A stretch of 64,000 bases of DNA from a virus, in IMG/VR virus record IMGVR_UViG_3300030390_002408, one strand, 5' to 3'. A program made the position numbers and the translations under genes. This document shows positions 1 to 8,401 of the stretch, piece by piece. The notes under the pieces were generated by a model. It was not told where the DNA came from. It saw only the letters and a program-made list of their open reading frames with translations, and ran no database searches. Position 1 is the stretch's first letter, and each line of letters starts with the position of its first letter.

Positions 1-1940
1 CCTTTTAAAACTGGCCCTTTCCCCATTGAACGTAAACCTGCAGCTAAACCTTGTAAATTTTCTTTTATTCCTTTTCCGGCTCCAGGTTTTGCTTTATTGC
101 TTAGCTTAGAAGCTTCATCAGTTCCTTTTCCAATTAAATCTTTACCATCTGATGCTAAATCTTTAGCACTATCTACTGATTCTTTAACACTATCAATTGA
201 TTCTTTTCCTTTATCAAATAAAGATGTGATTTTATCTTTTGCTTCTTTAGCATCTCCTAAAAACCCCTTAATACTAAACCCCTTAAACATCTCCCCTAAT
301 TTTAAAGCTTTCATTGCTTTCATAGCAACTAAAGCAGATATAATATGTGAGGCAAATGGGATATCCAAAATCATTGCTAAACCATCTAAAATAGGGCCAA
401 AAGCTGTTCCTATACCTCCTAATATTGCTTTTACTTTATCTAAAGTAGCAGCAAATTTATCTGAAGCACTTTTTGCTAACATGGCATTATATGCTTGTTC
501 CCCATAGGTTGCTTTAAATTTTTCAGCTCCTAAATTTTGAAGTTCTTGTTGACGATTCATTTGAGCTAACTGATCAACTGAAATCCCTAATGCTTTGGCT
601 ATTGATCTTTGTGCTAAAACATTTTTATTAGCAAAAGCATTTTTTACAGCTTCTTGTTTTCCAATTTCATCTCCTACCCCTTTTAAATCACCAGCCAAGG
701 CAAATTCTCTTGCTTTTTCTAAATTTAATTGTTTACCTGTTAATAATTCAGCTTCTAATTCTGCTGATATTGAACTTTCAAAGTTTAATAGAGAGTCTGC
801 TATTTTACTTACTCCATCTAAACTAAGACCTAATATTCTAGCTTGGGTTGCTGCTGCTGCTAATTTTTCAGGGTTTTCCCCTAATCGTGCAGAAATAGTA
901 GAGGAAACATTTGCTATGTCACTAAGAACTGCTCTAGTATTTATTGAAGTTTTATTTTGATTCTTTATATTTTCAACTTGACTTATGGTAGATATGAGGA
1001 TATCTTCGGTATTTTTACCTTGTAACCTAGACATAACTGTTAAATTAGTTGCTTCTTTGGCAGACATTCCTAATTCGTTTGTTAATCTGGTTGCTGTTAC
1101 TAGAGCATTAGAACCTAAAATTTCAGCAGACATTCCTAACTCATTAGTAATTTCTCCAAAGGTTTTTGCTAATTTTTCAGTAGTAATAAATATGTCTCCG
1201 GTAAATGCTGCAGTCTTTTGAAATTCAAAATTTAATCTAGAAGCTTCTCCATAACTAGCTCCTAATTGGTTTTGGATATTTGTTACACGTTGACTTGTGC
1301 TATTTGCAGCTTTTAATAAAAAAGTAAAAATTACAAGAGGGTCTGATAGACCTTCCCCTAAATTTCTAAATGCGGATCCAATTCCTTCTCCTAAAACTTG
1401 TAATTTAGATGCACTTTTATTTGCCTTAGCTGCTCTATCTGCAAATTTTTGCATATCATTAGCAATTTCATCTATATTCATAGCTTTAGCTACTTCACCC
1501 CCTACTGAAGCTAAAGTTTTAGTTAATGCTCCTGCTAAGCCTAAACTTTTATTAGCATTTTTTCTTTCTTGGGCTTGAGCTTGGACTTTTTTTAAGATTA
1601 AATCTTCTCTTTCAAATTTATCTCTAGCTGATAAAATAAATTCTTTTTCTATTTCTTGAGTGTTTTTAGTTATTTTAAGTGCATTTGTTTTAATCTTTAA
1701 TTCATTTATTGCTAATTTAGCTTTTTCAACTTGAGAATCAAGTTGTCGATCTGTAAGACGTGTTAAACCTTCTTCTTGTTGGGCTAGTTTAGAGGTTGCT
1801 GATACTAATTTATTAACTTCAGATTTAAATTCGGATGCATTAGTTTTTGCTTTTCCTGTTAGGTTAGCTACATCTTTCATCTGTTCGGTTAACGATCTTA
1901 AACTTTCATCATCCATTCCTAAACCACTATTATTACTCAT
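1..1940 (-). CDS. Tape measure protein (5' part; runs off the left edge of the window)
   Basis: Not in the ORF track. ATG at 1940 (MSNNSGLGMDDESLRSLTEQMKDVANL...), and the same frame reads NLQGLAAGLRSMGKG at the left edge (spot-checked at both ends). Ala/Lys/Gln-rich helical sequence directly downstream of the tube and chaperone genes, with a late motif 12 nt upstream. Confidence 0.8.
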   Translation of the reverse strand, partial: MSNNSGLGMDDESLRSLTEQMKDVANLTGKAKTNASEFKSEVNKLVSATSKLAQQEEGLTRLTDRQLDSQVEKAKLAINELKIKTNALKITKNTQEIEKEFILSARDKFEREDLILKKVQAQAQERKNANKSLGLAGALTKTLASVGGEVAKAMNIDEIANDMQKFADRAAKANKSASKLQVLGEGIGSAFRNLGEGLSDPLVIFTFLLKAANSTSQRVTNIQNQLGASYGEASRLNFEFQKTAAFTGDIFITTEKLAKTFGEITNELGMSAEILGSNALVTATRLTNELGMSAKEATNLTVMSRLQGKNTEDILISTISQVENIKNQNKTSINTRAVLSDIANVSSTISARLGENPEKLAAAATQARILGLSLDGVSKIADSLLNFESSISAELEAELLTGKQLNLEKAREFALAGDLKGVGDEIGKQEAVKNAFANKNVLAQRSIAKALGISVDQLAQMNRQQELQNLGAEKFKATYGEQAYNAMLAKSASDKFAATLDKVKAILGGIGTAFGPILDGLAMILDIPFASHIISALVAMKAMKALKLGEMFKGFSIKGFLGDAKEAKDKITSLFDKGKESIDSVKESVDSAKDLASDGKDLIGKGTDEASKLSNKAKPGAGKGIKENLQGLAAGLRSMGKGPVLK

Positions 1941-1952
1941 TAGAATATTTTG

Positions 1953-1962
1953 TTATAAATAT
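1953..1962 (-). promoter_or_regulatory. Putative late promoter ATATTTATAA (tape measure)
   Basis: Recurring motif found 8-22 nt upstream of structural-gene start codons. Confidence 0.6.
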
Positions 1963-1971
1963 TGGAAGGCA

Positions 1972-2286
1972 TCATTTCTTTGATGCCTTCGTGGTATAAT
2001 TTGGGGATGATTTAGTAGCTGATTTTAGGAATTCTGGGGAGTTTACTCTACCATCTTTACCTATTACTGTTTTAGCATTTGTACTCCCTGCTTGTGCTTT
2101 TTTATGTTCTGCTGCTTCATTTTCGTAATGTTCCTTCATTTTATTAAAAGTGAAATTACGTAACCAAATAGGCATATTGTAGATAGTATGGAAACCATAA
2201 CCGCCGTTACTATGAAATACTATCTCATGGATTTGGGTAAATAATGAAACCCTATATTGAGGCGTCAGGCCAAAAAAAGTTAACTG
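1972..2286 (-). CDS. gp51-like tail/baseplate hub assembly chaperone, C-terminal part; probably expressed by frameshift from the upstream gene
   Basis: The frame of the 67-aa ORF stays open upstream to 2286 (FFGLTPQYRVSLFTQIHEIVFHSNGGYGFHTIYNMPIWLR). The Y-N-M-P-x-W-x-R motif is gp51-like and there is no ATG before it. Confidence 0.65.
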   Translation of the reverse strand, partial: QLTFFGLTPQYRVSLFTQIHEIVFHSNGGYGFHTIYNMPIWLRNFTFNKMKEHYENEAAEHKKAQAGSTNAKTVIGKDGRVNSPEFLKSATKSSPNYTTKASKK

Positions 2287-2998
2287 TTATAGGTATGTCA
2301 ATATCTTCTATTCCTTCCATTAATTCAACAGGTGTAGTTAAATTAACATCAGGTTGACTATCTGCAACGTGTTTACGGAATGATCTAGCGTCTTGAGCCA
2401 AGAAATAAGTGTCTACAAACTCACGAACCACTTTCCTGTCACTGTCCCCGTTAACGGAAATTATCATGTATTTAAGACGAGTAGATACATCTGGTGAAGC
2501 ATTCTTATTAAGTTTTTTTAACCCTCTTAGTTCAGCTTCAATAGCCATTTCATCTTTATGAGTTAATAACTTGTAAGTAATTATGGCTCCTGAATTGGGG
2601 AGGGTAAAACTAAACTCATTTTGACCTTGTGAGATTGAAGTCTCATCAAATGGTTTATTATCTAATAAAGATAAATCTACCATTACTTTTTCTCCTTTAT
2701 ACTCAAACTCATAATCTTTACCATATCCTAAAACACGAGCTGCTATCATAATAGCATTCTTATCACCAACAATTAAATCTTGATAATTAATTTTAGATAC
2801 AATTAAAGACTGTAGTAATTTATCTAGTACTACACCTTTTTGAATATATGACTGATTTGAAAGAATGTCTTCTTCTTTGGCCGTCATATACTTCATTTCA
2901 ATTTTCCCACTTGATAGGGCATTATCTTCAGGATAAACTAATCCTTTTGAAGGTAATTCGATAATTTCAGTTGGGAATTTAAATTTACTCTCTTCCAT
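2252..2998 (-). CDS. T4 gp26-like baseplate hub / tail assembly chaperone
   Basis: ELPSKG...MTAKEEDIL and NFFWP motifs; lies between the tube and tape measure genes. Confidence 0.7.
   Translation of the reverse strand: MEESKFKFPTEIIELPSKGLVYPEDNALSSGKIEMKYMTAKEEDILSNQSYIQKGVVLDKLLQSLIVSKINYQDLIVGDKNAIMIAARVLGYGKDYEFEYKGEKVMVDLSLLDNKPFDETSISQGQNEFSFTLPNSGAIITYKLLTHKDEMAIEAELRGLKKLNKNASPDVSTRLKYMIISVNGDSDRKVVREFVDTYFLAQDARSFRKHVADSQPDVNLTTPVELMEGIEDIDIPITVNFFWPDASI
2272..2278 (-). other. Putative programmed frameshift site AAC UUU UUU UGG (U7)
   Basis: Seven-U run lying in the short overlap between the 248-aa frame and the +1 frame. Confidence 0.6.
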
Positions 2999-3048
2999 AG
3001 TTTTGATTTAAAATAACTTTTGTTTCTTGCAATGATACGTATCAAAAT

Positions 3049-3082
3049 AAAAAAGAACCTGACCGTAGCCAAGTTCTTTTTT
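3049..3082 (-). terminator. Rho-independent terminator after tail tube gene
   Basis: GAACUUGGC-UACG-GUCAGGUUC stem with cUACGg tetraloop followed by U6. Confidence 0.8.
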
Positions 3083-3103
3083 AAATTATTTAAAAGTATT
3101 TTA

Positions 3104-3592
3104 TTAGAAATTTAACACTGCATAATCAATAGAAAGAGCTAACTCTATTGTTTGTGCTTGATCTGAAGTATCCCAGTCAAATCCTTTAAATGATGCATCT
3201 TTAATAAATGCTCCTTTTAAAACCCACTCAGAAACAATATCACCAACAGGACCTAAAACATTAACTGTTAAATCTTTTTTATAGAAATCAGAATACCCAT
3301 CTCTACCTGTTACTGACTCATGGTGTAGTCTTACCCACTCCATTACAGCTTGAGCTCCTGAAGGAGTAATAGGATCAAATAAAGTTAAACTTACGTCTTC
3401 CCATTTTGATTTTCCTTTTACTTTCCGTTCAACATTTATGTGATTTAAAGTTACTGCTCCTTGAGTAATTTTTATATCACTTACAGATTTAATCATGAAA
3501 GAAGGGATACCATCAACATATAAGACAAATCTGTTTGCCTGTTTTGGTTCAAATGCTGTGAAAAATATTTCGTTTGGGTCTAATACTGCCAT
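3104..3592 (-). CDS. gp19: Tail tube protein (T4 gp19-like)
   Basis: EPKQANRF, KSKWEDVSLTLFDPI and EWVLKGAF motifs; 162 aa; directly after the sheath gene. Confidence 0.9.
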   Translation of the reverse strand: MAVLDPNEIFFTAFEPKQANRFVLYVDGIPSFMIKSVSDIKITQGAVTLNHINVERKVKGKSKWEDVSLTLFDPITPSGAQAVMEWVRLHHESVTGRDGYSDFYKKDLTVNVLGPVGDIVSEWVLKGAFIKDASFKGFDWDTSDQAQTIELALSIDYAVLNF

Positions 3593-3610
3593 TTTTGTTA
3601 TTTTATTTTA

Positions 3611-3620
3611 TTATAAATAT
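3611..3620 (-). promoter_or_regulatory. Putative late promoter ATATTTATAA (tail tube)
   Basis: Motif 18 nt upstream of ATG. Confidence 0.6.
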
Positions 3621-3635
3621 TTACGATTCAATTTT

Positions 3636-5393
3636 TTATGCCGGGAAAGTTGCTCCAGTTGGTAAAATGTTGAAATCTAGGTAAATAAATTCTGCTGTTT
3701 TAGTTGGTTGGATATAAATAGCACCTACTAATTGATTTCTATCAATTACATCTGCTGTGTTATTAGTATCATCCATTGTTACTTTAAAAGCATACAAACC
3801 TTGTCTTTGTTGAACACTTTCTAAATATGGGTTAACTTGACTTAAGAATGTATTTCTAGTAGCTCCTGAGTTTTGTTCAAATACTAAATTATCTGATACT
3901 TGAGAGATGTAAGATTTCAATTCAATTAATAATCTTCTAACGTTTATTCTATCTAGAGCTGTTGGTTTAGTTTGTAGAGTTTTCTGACCAAATACTACAA
4001 CTCCTTTTCCTGGGAATGTTGCTATTGGATTTACTTTACCTGTGTATAATTCATCTCTATTAGATTGAGTTAATTTTCGCTCAGCTTGTACTACTGTTCC
4101 TAAACCACCTCTATTAATACCGGCAGGTGCAAACCATGCTTCAGATGAATTATCATTTGAGGCGTATACTCCTGGAATTAATGTTGAAGCTGGAACCCAT
4201 ACTAATTGTCCTGTATTTGGATCTGTAACCATAACCCAAGGCCAGTAAGCAGCAGCATATGAAGTATCTAAAGTAGCAGCTGTACCTGTTGTTGTTGTAA
4301 CTCCTGATCCATAATTTTCAAGATCTACTACTATAATTGCATCTCCTCTACCTTCAATATTTGAAATTAAAGTATCTAAAGCTGTCCCTTGAACTCCATT
4401 GGTTTTAATTAAACCTGGGGCTGTTATTACGTTATATCTGAATTCATCTTTATTTGCTAGTAAATTAAAAGCAATAGTATAATCACTTCCTACTAACCCT
4501 TGTGTATTACCATCTTTAATTTCATTATAGAATTTATCTCCGGTAGCAAAACTACTAAATATTGATCCCCCGGCATCTCCAAATGATCCACTTTGGGCTA
4601 CAGGAATAAAGTCTTTAAATTTATCTTTGGCATTACCGTCATTATCTAAATAATCAGGTGTTTTTAAGCTTACAGATTTAACTCTTACAAATTTTGAAAC
4701 ATTTGGATAACTACCAGATGTTTGTAAGTAAACATCACTTCCTGATCCTACTTTATTTTGCTTCATATCACCAATTTGACGAGCAATGTAGTTTGGTGAT
4801 TTTGGATCTAATGATACATTAGTAAATGACTCTACTACTGATTTTGATTTTGTATTATCATCTCCTCTTCTAATTATTACACTAAATACTCCTGAAGATG
4901 TATTTGGACTAACAATCTCCCATCTTAAGTTATCAGATGACCCACTTGGTAATGAGCCTTCAGGTGATAAAGTTGATGTACTATTCATTATTTCACCTTG
5001 ACCTATTGTTTCTAAAGTAAAAGTTCCACCACCTGCACTACCTGAAGCAATTGCTCCTGATGTACTACCTGAAATAAATGATGAAGTTGCTTCTGAAAAT
5101 GATGTAGTACCACCTGAAGCTACTCTAGTTACTAATAATGTTGAACCCCCATTTTGGAAGTAGTTGTAAGCTGAAATTGATGTTAAATGTGAGTATTCAT
5201 CTGAACCACTAGTAAATGAACCCCCAAATTTTGCAGTATATTCACTGTAACTTGTAACTAATGTTGGAATTTCTACTTGACCCTTTACAGTAGGACCTAC
5301 AATTGCAGCTCCTGCTTGAATTGGTTGTGAAGTAATTTGCGTTTGGTCGTTTTCACGTGCTAATACTCCTGGGGAAATTAATGTTTCTGCCAT
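3636..5393 (-). CDS. gp18: Tail sheath protein (T4 gp18-like)
   Basis: SPGVLARE N-terminus, YAAAYWPW, WFAPAGINRG, GQKTLQ, RINVRRL and PTKTAEFI motifs. Confidence 0.95.
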   Translation of the reverse strand: MAETLISPGVLARENDQTQITSQPIQAGAAIVGPTVKGQVEIPTLVTSYSEYTAKFGGSFTSGSDEYSHLTSISAYNYFQNGGSTLLVTRVASGGTTSFSEATSSFISGSTSGAIASGSAGGGTFTLETIGQGEIMNSTSTLSPEGSLPSGSSDNLRWEIVSPNTSSGVFSVIIRRGDDNTKSKSVVESFTNVSLDPKSPNYIARQIGDMKQNKVGSGSDVYLQTSGSYPNVSKFVRVKSVSLKTPDYLDNDGNAKDKFKDFIPVAQSGSFGDAGGSIFSSFATGDKFYNEIKDGNTQGLVGSDYTIAFNLLANKDEFRYNVITAPGLIKTNGVQGTALDTLISNIEGRGDAIIVVDLENYGSGVTTTTGTAATLDTSYAAAYWPWVMVTDPNTGQLVWVPASTLIPGVYASNDNSSEAWFAPAGINRGGLGTVVQAERKLTQSNRDELYTGKVNPIATFPGKGVVVFGQKTLQTKPTALDRINVRRLLIELKSYISQVSDNLVFEQNSGATRNTFLSQVNPYLESVQQRQGLYAFKVTMDDTNNTADVIDRNQLVGAIYIQPTKTAEFIYLDFNILPTGATFPA

Positions 5394-5437
5394 TTGATTA
5401 TGTTTTTATAATAAATATGTTAAATTTTTCTAAAAAT

Positions 5438-5689
5438 CTAAGGAGTTGGAATAAATTCTTTAGTTTCTAAAGATATGGTTCCTTTCCCATACTTTTCTTC
5501 CAATTCTTTGGCTATAACTTGCTCTTGTTGTTGTAGTTGTTTTAAACTATTCTTAACATTTTCTTTTTCTAAGTCTAAATTCATTATTTGAATTTCAATA
5601 CTTCCTGCAACGTTTGTTAAATTAGAGAATTGATTTCTTAATTCTTGTACTTTAGCAAATTCTTCTTCTGTTAAAACTTTTTTTTCCAT
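5438..5689 (-). CDS. Small coiled-coil protein (hypothetical, possible chaperone)
   Basis: 83-aa helical ORF ending EKYGKGTISLETKEF; late motif at 5711-5720. Confidence 0.6.
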   Translation of the reverse strand: MEKKVLTEEEFAKVQELRNQFSNLTNVAGSIEIQIMNLDLEKENVKNSLKQLQQQEQVIAKELEEKYGKGTISLETKEFIPTP

Positions 5690-5748
5690 CTTGATTTTTA
5701 GATTATTTATTTATAAATATTGATTTGGTTATTAAAAATTAATTATTT

Positions 5749-7401
5749 TTATGAATTGCTTCCACTTATTTGTAATTCTAATGCTTCTACTTTTTCTTGA
5801 AGTTTTTGTATAGCTCCATACATCATTTTTGTTATTTGGTCAGCTTGGAGGGAGAGGCTATCTTCTATTATTTTAGACCCAGCTAACACATCTTGATATC
5901 TTTCTCCGGGTTCTAAGATTATTTTATTATCTGATCCTGTAATAGCTACTGACCCTGTAAATTCAGACCATGTTGTGAAACTTCCACTTTGAACTGCTTT
6001 TGGGAGAACTTCTTTAACATCTTGAGCTATCCAACCTAATACATGCTTATCTTCTACTTCACCATACATAACCTCACTATTCCATTTAAAATGTTTTAAA
6101 GGAAGTGATTTTACATTATTATAACAAGTATCTATTGAAGCTGTTATAATGTTTGATTTTAATCTTGAATCCGAGGAGGAGTTCCATAAATTATCTGTAG
6201 GTTTGAATGATAAATTAGAATTTAATTGGATGGCGGCATTATTTGCTAATTTAAATCCATGATTTCCCCCTGTTAAAACATTACTACCTTTTCCGTACAT
6301 TGAAAATGTAAAATTTTCTGCGGCATTTCCAAAATGAATCACTCCCCCCCCATTTGCTTCGGTAACACTGTTTAATATATAAAGTATATTTCCATGATTT
6401 AAGGTTGAATTCCATGTCATGTCTATAACACCATAATTAGAAGTTCCTGAGAAGTTTGTTATATCTAGAGAGGAAGTAACAAAATTTGAAGTGTCTTTTT
6501 CTTTTAGATTAATTCCTTTATTATTCGCAGCATACATAGTAACTGTAGAAGAATGGTTTTGGGTTGGGTTTAAATTAATTTGTTGGAGACCTCCACTTGT
6601 AGTGTCTGTCTTTAAGAAATCATTTACTCCTACCCTAATATCACCTCGTGAACCTAATGTTAAAATACTATCAGTATCTTGTTGGGTTATATTATCTGCA
6701 ACTGTTAAATTATCACCAACATATAGATCATTTGAAGCTGAAATAGTAACTCCTAGAATATCCCCTGAGGATGTTATACTAGAAGCTATAATGTAACCAC
6801 TAGCACTTATATTAGCAGATGATGTTATATTTTGAGCTGCAATTAAATTATCACCAAAAATGTCACCACTAGCACTTATATTAGCAGATGCTGTTATGTT
6901 ACATAGTACTTCTAATCTATCATTAGTTGAAGTACCCCCACCAATTTTAATAAAACCCCCAGGTTGACCATCACCCTGATTATCACATTTAATATTAATC
7001 ATTCCATTACCATCATTCACAGTTGATTCATTGAGGATAGTAGTGTTTTTACTGTTAATTTCTAAATTATTAAATCCCCGAATTGTAGCATTAGTGCCAT
7101 CAGAGGCTATTTCTAAATCAGATATAAATCCTGGAACTCCTGCACCTATTCCTAATTTTATATTATCTCCAAATTTTAATGTGTCACTTGAAGGAAAATA
7201 TTGTATATTACCCCCTTCTAAATTTAAAGCATTTGCATATACTGTACTATCAGTTGATATACTTCCAGTAACTTCTAGGGATCCTGATATTGTTATATCA
7301 TAGGCATCTAATCCTGTAAAAGCATCAACGGATTGTGTTACGTGGGGAGCCTTAATGTCATTACCTGTTATTATTCCTACTTTTGATAATTCTTTTGCCA
7401 T
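5749..7401 (-). CDS. Tail fibre/spike protein with C-terminal Peptidase S74 intramolecular chaperone
   Basis: SSDSRLKSNI cleavage motif, GWIAQDV, C-terminal coiled coil AIQKLQEKVEALE, and NITASANISASG repeats. Confidence 0.85.
   Translation of the reverse strand: MAKELSKVGIITGNDIKAPHVTQSVDAFTGLDAYDITISGSLEVTGSISTDSTVYANALNLEGGNIQYFPSSDTLKFGDNIKLGIGAGVPGFISDLEIASDGTNATIRGFNNLEINSKNTTILNESTVNDGNGMINIKCDNQGDGQPGGFIKIGGGTSTNDRLEVLCNITASANISASGDIFGDNLIAAQNITSSANISASGYIIASSITSSGDILGVTISASNDLYVGDNLTVADNITQQDTDSILTLGSRGDIRVGVNDFLKTDTTSGGLQQINLNPTQNHSSTVTMYAANNKGINLKEKDTSNFVTSSLDITNFSGTSNYGVIDMTWNSTLNHGNILYILNSVTEANGGGVIHFGNAAENFTFSMYGKGSNVLTGGNHGFKLANNAAIQLNSNLSFKPTDNLWNSSSDSRLKSNIITASIDTCYNNVKSLPLKHFKWNSEVMYGEVEDKHVLGWIAQDVKEVLPKAVQSGSFTTWSEFTGSVAITGSDNKIILEPGERYQDVLAGSKIIEDSLSLQADQITKMMYGAIQKLQEKVEALELQISGSNS
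6796..6890. repeat. 26-bp intragenic direct repeat (SANISASG units)
   Basis: accactagcacttatattagcagatg at 6796-6821 and 6865-6890. Confidence 0.7.
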
Positions 7402-7416
7402 TATTTTTTATATTAT

Positions 7417-8130
7417 TTAAATACTTTTTATTATTGTTTTTATAGTCCAGACTCCACTTCCTACTGAGGCAGTTAAAGCCATATGGGCTCCTGTAAGTAT
7501 AGTAGTAAAGTTAACTACTGATGTTGAGCCTATGTCATTTGTTGTTGTTTCATTGAAAACTACATCAGATGTTCCGGGTATCCAAGTAGAAACTATCGTT
7601 CCTGCTCTAGCATTTGAAGCAGAGTGAGCTGTGTAGAAGAAAAATGCCCCTTCATATGATGAAGTTGGAACATTATATATAATATTTCCGTTACCTGTTG
7701 CTGTTACTTGTGTAGTATCCGTAAGTGAAGGAGTATTAGCGCTACCTATTAAAGTAGGTCCTACTACTTCTAAAGATCCTGTTATTTGTGCTGATCCTGT
7801 AAATGGGAATGGTTCTACTCCTGTTAATCCACTTCCATCTCCTGTAAATGATCCTGTAAATGATCCTGTGTTGTAAATTAAATTAAATGTAGTACTATCA
7901 CCTTTTGTAAGAGTGATTTCTCCATTAGCTATAGAACCTGTAATTAAGAAAGATCCAGTATCTGTTGTAAGGGTAGATAAATCTATACTTTGAGATGTAT
8001 TCCCTGGGAAGTAAAATAACTTTAATTCATTCCCATCAAGTGAAGAGGAGTAAAATACTGACTTGAAATTATTATCAACCTCAACAAATGTTAACTCTGA
8101 ACCTTTTATTAATCTTAAAGTTATTGCCAT
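7417..8130 (-). CDS. Virion structural/fibre protein
   Basis: MAITLRLIKGSELTFVEVDNNF anchor-type N-terminus, GSFTGSFTGDGSGL repeat, Thr/Ser/Gly-rich. Confidence 0.65.
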   Translation of the reverse strand: MAITLRLIKGSELTFVEVDNNFKSVFYSSSLDGNELKLFYFPGNTSQSIDLSTLTTDTGSFLITGSIANGEITLTKGDSTTFNLIYNTGSFTGSFTGDGSGLTGVEPFPFTGSAQITGSLEVVGPTLIGSANTPSLTDTTQVTATGNGNIIYNVPTSSYEGAFFFYTAHSASNARAGTIVSTWIPGTSDVVFNETTTNDIGSTSVVNFTTILTGAHMALTASVGSGVWTIKTIIKSI

Positions 8131-8185
8131 TTTATAATATTATTTTATAATAAATATTATCCTTCAAATTGAGGAAAATCATTAT

Positions 8186-8386
8186 TTAATTATTTTCTTT
8201 TTGTGATTCTAATTCAGCAAGTCTTATTTTCATTTCTTCTTCATTGGGAAATTCCTCAAGATTAGGTTGTCCTGTTGTTAGTACATTCCCCACTTCAACA
8301 TCACCATCAAATAAAATTGATAAATCATTGGAGTAAATGATATAATATACTGTACTGTTTACTGGTTTGATAGTTGTTGTAGCCAT
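8186..8386 (-). CDS. Hypothetical protein
   Basis: 66-aa ORF with A-rich leader, directly after the DUF285-like fusion gene. Confidence 0.55.
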   Translation of the reverse strand: MATTTIKPVNSTVYYIIYSNDLSILFDGDVEVGNVLTTGQPNLEEFPNEEEMKIRLAELESQKENN

Positions 8387-8401
8387 TTTCTTATTTATTT
8401 T

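Noticed and set aside
97-1578. Four plus-strand ORFs at the left end
   Set aside because: Antisense shadows of the minus-strand tape measure gene, which the track missed because it has no stop in the window
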